Source: Babesia bigemina (lineage: Eukaryota). From it: a stretch of 64,000 nt of DNA. The stretch lies in NCBI RefSeq assembly GCF_000981445.1, contig NC_027218.1:1550001-1614000 (forward strand), written 5' to 3'. Position 1 is the first letter of the stretch. Each line of letters opens with the position of its first letter. Below the pieces are notes generated by a model. The model was not told where the DNA came from. It did no database searches and saw only the letters and a program-made list of their open reading frames with translations. This document shows positions 56,113 to 64,000 of this stretch, in pieces. The position numbers and the translations under genes are program-made.

Positions 56113-57809
56113 CGCGACAGCCGGTGTAGGAGCTTCGAGACGTAGTCAGCTTGCGATGACTGCAGTCACATGATTGCCCAGATGTGTGCAAAACAAACTT
56201 CGGTCTTCAGGCGGCGCCACTCCCAATACCTCACCACGCCGACGCGGTGGCCCAACGCCTCCAGGCACCTGAGCAACGGTGAGACCAGTGAGCACGTACG
56301 TGCCGCTCTCGAAGCCGCGGCGGCGAAACTAACCTCATCTTCACACGGAGGTTGCTCATGTTGCTGGCGAACTCGATCAGTATGGCGAATTTGCGCTCGG
56401 AATCCAAAAAGGGGACCGTGAACGGGCCAACTGTCTGGCTTTCCGCGAAGTTGCTGGACGCACCCTGAAGGATCTTGCGCACCTCCTGGAATGCAGGGGT
56501 ACCCTGGGTCAACTCGCTTTCGGTCTTTTCTGCGCCACCGATTATCACGAAAGGCTGGTGGTAACCCACCGAACGTGGTGAGGACGTCACGCCACCGAGG
56601 GCCCAAATCGAAAGTGACGGGCACCTTCTCCACCTCGAACGAATCCACCGCCTCCTTCAACAACAGCGCGTATTTCCTGGATTCGAGTTTAGCGGGGGAG
56701 ACAGTTTGACCAACCTGGTGAGGGTTGGCTGGCGCTCCGATATCGCAGTGAGCACGTGAGGCAGCTGCTCGCCGTAACGACGCAGGTACGCGCTCGAGTA
56801 CGCGAAGTCGACGCAGCCCGATAAATCCCAGTTGCTCTTGTACTCCAGAGAGTCCAGCAGCCGCTCAAGGGCGCTGCGGTCCTCGCGCTCGGAAAGGCAG
56901 CCCGCAGCGAGCAGCTGCAGGCGAAGGTGGTCGGCCAGCGAATTGAGGTCCGGCTCAATGGCGGCAAATACCCTCGAGAAGTTCGCGGGGGTCAGGAACT
57001 TCAGCTGGCTCAGTCTGTAGCAGGCCTCCGCAAGCTGCGCGGCGCTAAACTGGTCGAGGTTGTCCATGATCAGGGTCGACAGGCGCCGAAGCAAGAACCC
57101 CTTCAGCAGCCTGGGGCGTGTTGAAACGGTGTTCGATAAGGCGCACATACCCAGTCTTAGCGAGCGCTCGCAACGTATGCATCACGTCGTTGGCGGTGAA
57201 CCTGTCCGTCAGCTCGCACAACTTCTCGCACAGCAGCGCGTAGTAGATCTTGTCGCGGGAGCCTCGCTTGTAGGCGGTCTGCAGCGCCAGGTTAAGCGCG
57301 TCAGGCGTCGCAGAGTCGATCTCCACAGTCAGCTGCTGCTTGGAGTACTCGAAAATGGACTCCGAGTCGGCCCCCGTGGCGGCAGCGGCGTAGGCCACCT
57401 GCGCCAGTTCCCGGGGCTGGCCGCCCTTCTCAACCATGGTGGCGGCGATCTTGGACAACAGCGACCGGCCGCGCTCGGCATTGGCCGGCCCGGTGCCAGG
57501 CGCCGAGCTGCCGGACGACTGCACTATCGCCGCAACACGCAGCGCGAAGTTGCCCATGTACGATGAGTTCAGGCTGGGCAGCCGGCTCTCGACCTGGCAC
57601 AGAATCTCGCCGAAACGGTCGTCAGACAGGGCGCTGCGGCGCTCTGAGACGCCGCTGGCGAGGAACTTGAGCGCGTCGTACAGCTCATGGGTCTCGACGC
57701 AGGAGCCCGGCGATAGAAGGCTGTAGCAGTCGTCCGCGCTGCGGAACACCCGCCGCGAGAGCGCTCGCTCGGCCCAACGGGGCGCAGTTATGCGGAGAAA
57801 AGACGCCAT
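56109..57809 (-). CDS. RAP-domain (FASTK-like) organellar RNA-binding protein, multi-exon
   Basis: Mitochondrial-like N-terminus, helical repeats (ELAQVAYAAA, DVMHTLRALAK, QLAEACYRLSQL), and a RAP C-terminus VGPFTV...LEALGHRVGVVRYWEWRRLKTE|SSQADYVSKLL*. Confidence 0.8.
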
Positions 57810-59686
57810 TTGTTACCACGGCTAACAAAAATTAACGAGGTTGCACCGAACGCCGCACACAGCGCGCTCCGGCTACTGCGTATGTGTGGGAGCGACGGCA
57901 CTCCAGCTGGCAAGCGATGCCGCCACGTACACGCTGCCGGCACACAGCGCCGACATGTAGAGCCCTCCGCCCAGGTGAGGCACCGGGGAAGCGGTAAAGA
58001 ACACAGCTGAGCACCAGTGGGTTGTGTAACGGTGGCACTTACTAGGGTCGACGCCGACCAAGCCGCTCCCAAGCAGGCCCCCGTAGACCAGCAGGTCGTT
58101 CACGAACGCCATTCCTGCAACCATGTGGACCTATGAACGCCTGTTGGTACCCGACAGGATGATGTACAGCGACGAGCACGCCAGCACTAGCTCCTGGGCG
58201 AAGTAGGTGGGCACAACCTTGATCAGAGCCGCCAGTATCAGCTGCGCGTTGTGAATGCCGAACGACGCATCACACACCGATGACACCAGTAGCATGTGCA
58301 GGGGGTACAGCACCGGCAGACAGACGGAGACCCAAATTGGCACGTGGGCTCTGCCAACCACCAGGTGCAGCAACCCCAATCCGATGCGGTAAGAAACGTT
58401 GGCGAATATGCCGCAGACGCAGAGGATCTCAAACACCTGTAACGCAGCATGTATCCACGATAAACCACGCTTCCATACCCAGCCGATGGGTTCCTTCCGC
58501 ATGTCTGCACGACTTTGCAATGGGCGGTGAGGCGGGCAACTCACCGCGTGGAAACAGGCGCAGGATCCTCAGTGGTCGCATGGACAGACTATTGTCGCGT
58601 TTCAATCGTGCGCATTGCCATTAACCCACCTGTACGCGAAATTCGCAGCGAGACTGCAGCAGATTGAGTGCACCAGGCCCTCGCCAAAAAGCGGCGCCAG
58701 AAGGTTGAACACGATGAAGTAGACCGAGAACGTGTTCACCAGCGGGATGTGCTTACGTGCCATCGCACGCCCGGAGTAGAGGCTGCGCAAGTCTCAACGG
58801 ACGGGCCCGCTAACTCACAATTTGCACGCATGTGGAACCGCCAGCAGATACACCAACAGCGTAGGGATGCTGCTGGTGTAGCGCTGATAGTGCACAGACA
58901 GTATTTGCAATCTACGGCGATGTTTCTCAATTTGACGGTGTGGAGCTCACCTGGAGGTGGTGTCCGTCTGAGGTGAACTCTTCGGCGGCTTCACCGAGAT
59001 CTCTACGGCACGATAAGACAAACACGCATAAAGGCTATTGGACATGCACCGGACTTGCAGCGACATCATATTGTGTTTGAACAAGTGGTGTACGCTGTTT
59101 TCACCGAATTGAGTCGGCGGGGTAACGCACGTACTGAGCGTCGACCTACCCGGTGGAGTCACGCCGAGATCCCTGGCGTCCACTTGCCGTTCGCGCGTTA
59201 AACGCAACACGCTCTCCTGATTGGCCCATACACAACCGCTTATGCGATAGTGCCACCTACCACATCGGAACGCAGTTTCTCAAGTTCGCCGGGAGAGTCC
59301 GAAAGCACAACGACACTGAGCGGGCGCCTGGCATGATGTCGTGACACGAAGTGGCGTACACATTGACTTACGGGGCGGAGCTGATTGCATTAGACAGCGC
59401 AGACGACTCGGCGCGTGCGTCCACTTCGGGTGAAACTGTGAGTATGTCGTCAGGGCCCCTAACACAGGTGTTACTGCGGAAGGCAGGAAGGCACACACAG
59501 GTGAAGCGACTCCAGGGTAGCCTCGGGCTGGCTTAGACCGGGCAAGGCGCTCGGCCAAAACGCTGGTACCGATTGGTGGTGCTACATTAGCTGCCTACTG
59601 GTTTGCTGGCGCGATGCCGCGGCGTCGGCCGGGGAGACGTTGGCGATGTGCAGCGCGAGCAACGCCAGGCGCCAAAAGGGCCACAT
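57788..59686 (-). CDS. Highly intron-rich hypothetical protein: signal peptide, short soluble region, multiple TM helices; 3' end uncertain (57873 or 57788)
   Basis: MWPFWRLALLALHIANVSPADA start, about 10-12 short GT-AG introns, and hydrophobic exons (IPLVNTFSVYFIVFNLLAPLF, VPIWVSVCLPVLYPLHMLLV). Confidence 0.55.
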
Positions 59687-59835
59687 CGGCGCAGCACACA
59701 CCGTTCTAGCACGCCTCAACTAGATTAGTTGCGATATTTGCGATAACATTAGCAACAAGTGACACCGGCGTTGCCCACCGGAGAGCCGCACGGCGCCCGC
59801 CGGGAGCTGTGGAAGGTCGGCGCAAGCAGCAACGC

Positions 59836-61005
59836 TCACAACAAACGCACGATTCCAACGGCGCCCGTGGAGCCTGATCCCTTGGGCATGGAGTCGAAGT
59901 CGCACGCGTACGCGACGGAGTAACCGCAGGGGGAGAACTGGACATGGGTCACAGCCACTGGCATGCGCACCTGAATATATATCTCGCAGGGATCCGTGCC
60001 AGCCACGGTCATGTAGTACTCGTCGCCGGTGGTTGAAGTGTCCGATTGGTTGGGATTGTCGCCGCTGACGTAGAGCGTGTCCTTGGTCCCCCAGGCGAGG
60101 AGCATACCGTCGTTGGAGAAGCTCAGGCTGCTCACCTTGCCTTCGAGGCCGGGGAAGGTGCCGACGCACGTGTAGTCATCCGCGCACGAAAACAGGTGCA
60201 CGGTGTGGTCGCTGCCGCCTGTGGCCAGCAGGTCACGGCTGCTGTTGTACGCAGTCGCCATCACGATGTGAGAGTGCGCCTGCTCGGACGCACGCACCGT
60301 CAGGTCGGGTGACAGGATGTCGATGCGCCCGTCGACCTTCTGCAGCACCAACGCATCGGAGGTGTACATCAGCCCGTAGACCTCGGTGGTGAGCGAGATT
60401 GCGGAGGACGCTGGCAGCTCGCAGTCGGCGAACGTGGAAACGTCCGCGCACTGCAGATGGTCGCCACGGTCGAGCAGTGCGATCGTGTTGCCGTCCGAGG
60501 ACCACGCGCCTGCGTACCACGGGTGCTCGAAACCGCTCCAGATGGTGCACTTGAGCACGGGCTCGGATCCGGCGTTTTGTGGCAGCGAGAACACCTTCAC
60601 GTATGCGCGGGGGGTCTCGCCTCCCTCCATCAGCAGCAGTGCGAACAGATCCGGGTCCTTAGGGTGCGTCAGGACACGCGTGCACCTCACCGAGAGCGCG
60701 CAGTGAGCCGTGAGCCCCTCGGTGTCCAGCACGGTGACGCCGTCACGCGACGCCACGTAGAGGCGAGAGCCGCTGCAGTTGTAGCACAGATCCTTCACCT
60801 TCGACTTCAGGCGCAGCGCGTCCGAGGGGATCGGCTGCGGCTTTATCGACCGCGGCATGTCGGCAGTCGTCTTCTTCGGCGACGAGCCCGAAAACAGGCG
60901 CTGGTTGAGCAGCTGAGTCGCCATCACGCGTCGCACCAGAAACTGCTCCGCCGTCATGGAAGGAGCCGTGTCGCCGACGGCGATATGCATCGAACGATTG
61001 CTCAT
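59836..61005 (-). CDS. THOC3: WD40 protein, THO complex subunit 3 (Tex1)-like
   Basis: QAH...LLATGGSD..V.L...D.YTCVGTFPGLEGKVSSLSFSNDGMLLA and C-terminal AYACD...GIVRL parallel THOC3. Confidence 0.75.
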   Translation of the reverse strand: MSNRSMHIAVGDTAPSMTAEQFLVRRVMATQLLNQRLFSGSSPKKTTADMPRSIKPQPIPSDALRLKSKVKDLCYNCSGSRLYVASRDGVTVLDTEGLTAHCALSVRCTRVLTHPKDPDLFALLLMEGGETPRAYVKVFSLPQNAGSEPVLKCTIWSGFEHPWYAGAWSSDGNTIALLDRGDHLQCADVSTFADCELPASSAISLTTEVYGLMYTSDALVLQKVDGRIDILSPDLTVRASEQAHSHIVMATAYNSSRDLLATGGSDHTVHLFSCADDYTCVGTFPGLEGKVSSLSFSNDGMLLAWGTKDTLYVSGDNPNQSDTSTTGDEYYMTVAGTDPCEIYIQVRMPVAVTHVQFSPCGYSVAYACDFDSMPKGSGSTGAVGIVRLL

Positions 61006-61103
61006 CTCGGAACTCGACGATATTGCGGACTGAGGCGCGCGAGGGCGCCCGAAGCGGCGCGGCGCGGCGGGCGGGCAATGTGTAGCGACACATTCAATGC
61101 ACA

Positions 61104-61472
61104 ATGGCAACCGAAGCCGCGAAACCGCGGTTTACCATAAAGAAATGGTCGGGCGTCGCGCTCTGGTCGTGGAACATCGCAGTAGACAACTGCGCGATCT
61201 GCAGAAATCACATCATGGACCTTTGCATAGAATGCCAGGTAGGACTTCGGCTGCCTGCGCAACGGGCGTCGCCTCCGCACGCTCCACCTCTCAACCTCGT
61301 GCAGGCCGCGGGATCTGAGGACGCCACCAACAACGACGACCGGTGCACCGTCGCCTGGGGAGCGTGCAGTCACGCCTTCCACCTGCACTGCATCTCAAAG
61401 TGGCTCAAGACGAGACACGTTTGCCCGCTGGACAACACGCAGTGGGACTTCGCCACGAAGGAGGCGACCTAA
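61104..61472 (+). CDS. RBX1: RING-box protein 1; in-frame intron 61239-61304
   Basis: [35 protein letters not shown]...[30 protein letters not shown]. Confidence 0.97.
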   Translation: MATEAAKPRFTIKKWSGVALWSWNIAVDNCAICRNHIMDLCIECQVGLRLPAQRASPPHAPPLNLVQAAGSEDATNNDDRCTVAWGACSHAFHLHCISKWLKTRHVCPLDNTQWDFATKEAT

Positions 61473-61491
61473 CAGAGAACTTTGCATTAAT

Positions 61492-64000
61492 TCAGTTCAT
61501 AAAGATCTTGTGGATCGTGCGCTGGATCAGGGCCATCAGCGCGTCGCCCTGGTCGATGGCGAACGCGAACCCCGAGGGTGGAGCTACACGCGGCACGACC
61601 GCATTAGCGATGTACGCCACTGAGTTGCGCCGCGACAACGATATGCCGTTGAAGGTGCCGCGCTTCAGCGCGATGGCTATGCGGTTCTCCAGCGACTGGT
61701 TGAACACGGCGGTGTAGAAGAGGTAGCCCCAAAACGGGAACAGCGTCACCACCAGGCTTAAGATGATGGCTCCGTAGTAGGCCAGCGACGAGTGCAGCGT
61801 CTCGAAGGTGCCCAGGAACACGTGCGCCTCGGGCACAAACGCAAAGGCCGGAACCAGACTCACGATGATCCAGCAGATGATCATTATCGCGGTCTCCCCC
61901 CAGACGGAGAAGTGGTTCAGCCAGTACCAGCTCTTCGAAACGAGGCACACGATCCCGTTCACGGCCAGCACGTGGTGCACGTACATCGCCTGCGAGAACA
62001 GGCTGAAGCCTAGGTTCAGCGGGGAGCCGTCCCTGCAGTTGACGTCGGTGGTGTCGGTGAAGCTCAGGATGATCAGCACCTCGAACACCGACAGCCACAG
62101 GGCGGCCAGCAGGTAGCTCCAGAACGTCACCGGGTCGTACACTCCGCGGCGGTGCTCCAGGCGGCGGTGCCAGCGCTTGGACAGCCAGTTTGACCCCAGG
62201 CTGCGCAGCAGGTAGCGCACCAGCTGGTTCACGGGCTTCGTGCTCCACGTGTTGTAGAGAATGGGGTAGCGCGTCAGCAGGGTGTGCGGCACCTCCCGGT
62301 CCAGTATCACGTAGAACATCAGCGGGAACGACGTGAAGAACAGATTGATGACCTGCTTGCTCCATGTGTTGAACACGCTCACGCCGCTGAATCCGGTCTG
62401 GAAGTTGTAGATCACGTTCACAAAGCTGAAGCTGAAGTTGCGGAATATGCAAAAGTAGAGCAGGAACTTGTTCTTGCGCAGGGCCTCGCGGCCGTGCACA
62501 AACAGCAGCTGGCGCAGAAACCGGAACTGCGCTATCGTGAAATCGGCCGAGCGGCACGCCTGGTGGCCCTCTCGGCCGTCTATTCCCACGCCGACGTCCG
62601 CCGCGAGGATCATGTCGACGTCGTTCGCGCCGTCGCCAATGGCAAGCGACGTGCCGTACGCGTTGAGCTTGGAGTTGTCGCGGGTCAGCAGGAACTTCTG
62701 CTTGTGGGTCATGCGGCACGCGATGACGACTCCGGCGAGCTGCGCCAGCCGGAAGAACTGCGCCTTGAGCTCCTCGTCGGCGTACACGGTCTGCAGGACC
62801 TCGCCGGTAACGGTCACGCAGAACTTCGAGAACTCCGGGGCCGAGCTGCGGCGTCTGCGCTGCTGCGGTTCCGGCACTTCCACTGCGCAGATGTTGCAGA
62901 ACACGGAGCGCACCACCGGCAACTCCGATTTGCTGCCCATCCTTGACGGGCCCACGCAGTTTAAGATATGCATAGCAATTTCACTAGAAACCACGTGAGG
63001 GTCGGGGTCGCTCAAGACGGCGTTGCACGTGTCGTCGTCCACGATGTTGGTGGAGCGGCCGATGCTCAGCGCAGTCTCCAGCTTGTCGCCAGTCAGGACC
63101 CAAATCAGGATGCCGGCCTCCTTCAGGTCGCGGATCACGTCGCCCACGTCCTCCTGCAGCAGGTCCTCGATGCCTGAGCAGCCCACCAGCTTCATATCAC
63201 GCTCCATGTCCGCCACCACGTTGGCCACCGCGTCATCGCGGCTCTCGCCGGCCAGCAGCGCCGTGGCGTAGGATTCGTGCCAGGCCTGGTACTCCGGGGC
63301 GCTCAGCTCACGGACGGCAAACACCAACGTCCGGAGGCCGACAGTTGCAAAGTCGTGCAACTGTTCCTGTATGTCGGAGACCTTGATGTGCTGGGTGCTG
63401 CGCAGCAGCGACAGCAACGCGCTGTCAGCGCCCTTGCACAGCGTGAGGATGCGGCCGTCGCCGCCCTGCACCACGACGCTCATGCACTTGCGACTGGAAT
63501 CGAACGCAACGGCGTCGAGGATCGTGAACCGCAGCGCCGGCACGTAGCCATCCTCCTTCGACGAGAGCCAGAGCTCGTAGTCCTCCGTGCTCAACATCAG
63601 CTTCTGGGCCTCTGGCGTTACCAGGGAGATGTCTATCTCAGTCACCGTCCGGCGGTTCGTAAATACGCACCCGAGCTCCGCTATGCCGTTGAGAAGCGCT
63701 AGCTCGTCGGGTGAAGCCGCGTCGTACTCCACGGGCACGTTGTCGATCGCGACCAACCTGGTCGCGCCATCCACGGTCTTCAGCACGCGCTCAGGGCGGC
63801 GCTTGATTTCCTCGCCGTTCACCTTGCGTATGACCACGCTATGGCACAAGCTGCCAACCAGCACGAATTCGCGCAGCATCTTGCGTATCTCAGGGTCCTG
63901 GCGGTTGTACATGCTCCAGAATTGCTCCCCACACCGGGGCGTCGACACGTTGCCCACAGCGCCGAACCCCAGCGCCTTCAGGGTCATCACGTTCTGCGTC
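61492..64000 (-). CDS. P4-type ATPase (phospholipid flippase), 5'-partial
   Basis: TQNVM (follows DKTGT, which is off-window), YDAASPDELAL, FDSSRKCMS, KGAD, GIEDLLQ, WVLTGDKLETA, AIGDGANDV, SADFTIAQFRFL..LLFVHG and C-terminal TMs. Confidence 0.95.
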   Translation of the reverse strand, partial: TQNVMTLKALGFGAVGNVSTPRCGEQFWSMYNRQDPEIRKMLREFVLVGSLCHSVVIRKVNGEEIKRRPERVLKTVDGATRLVAIDNVPVEYDAASPDELALLNGIAELGCVFTNRRTVTEIDISLVTPEAQKLMLSTEDYELWLSSKEDGYVPALRFTILDAVAFDSSRKCMSVVVQGGDGRILTLCKGADSALLSLLRSTQHIKVSDIQEQLHDFATVGLRTLVFAVRELSAPEYQAWHESYATALLAGESRDDAVANVVADMERDMKLVGCSGIEDLLQEDVGDVIRDLKEAGILIWVLTGDKLETALSIGRSTNIVDDDTCNAVLSDPDPHVVSSEIAMHILNCVGPSRMGSKSELPVVRSVFCNICAVEVPEPQQRRRRSSAPEFSKFCVTVTGEVLQTVYADEELKAQFFRLAQLAGVVIACRMTHKQKFLLTRDNSKLNAYGTSLAIGDGANDVDMILAADVGVGIDGREGHQACRSADFTIAQFRFLRQLLFVHGREALRKNKFLLYFCIFRNFSFSFVNVIYNFQTGFSGVSVFNTWSKQVINLFFTSFPLMFYVILDREVPHTLLTRYPILYNTWSTKPVNQLVRYLLRSLGSNWLSKRWHRRLEHRRGVYDPVTFWSYLLAALWLSVFEVLIILSFTDTTDVNCRDGSPLNLGFSLFSQAMYVHHVLAVNGIVCLVSKSWYWLNHFSVWGETAIMIICWIIVSLVPAFAFVPEAHVFLGTFETLHSSLAYYGAIILSLVVTLFPFWGYLFYTAVFNQSLENRIAIALKRGTFNGISLSRRNSVAYIANAVVPRVAPPSGFAFAIDQGDALMALIQRTIHKIFMN

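Overview
A gene-dense eukaryotic chromosome segment from a piroplasmid apicomplexan, most likely Babesia sensu stricto. The support is short (~35-65 nt) GT-AG introns, apicomplexan-type Rab1A and ATP synthase subunit f, several bipartite apicoplast-type leaders, and ves-like remnants. About 38 protein genes can be supported, many only after manual splicing: IscA, Cdc123, Vps33, PIG-P, two OTU-like proteases, a GATA-finger protein, Rab1A, SRPK, apicoplast Hsp90, RPC1, PIG-T, S15, ATP synthase f, an AN1 finger, a DEAD-box helicase, an ABC-class ATPase, an ENT/Tpr-like transporter, a CREC protein, RPS4, centrin-like proteins, a CAMK kinase, histone H4, apicoplast TPI, a RAP protein, THOC3, RBX1 and a P4-ATPase. 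The most notable observations are: (1) a tandem pair of signal-peptide-bearing OTU deubiquitinase-like genes; (2) an ATGA stop/start overlap between two same-strand genes; (3) a K-turn/box C/D-like long hairpin in the oversized Hsp90 intron; (4) a histone-type 6-bp/4-nt stem-loop after H4; (5) a head-to-head pair of miniature ves1-like remnants in an AT-rich island. All family calls come from motif recognition by eye. No database searches were run, and splice models are manual.
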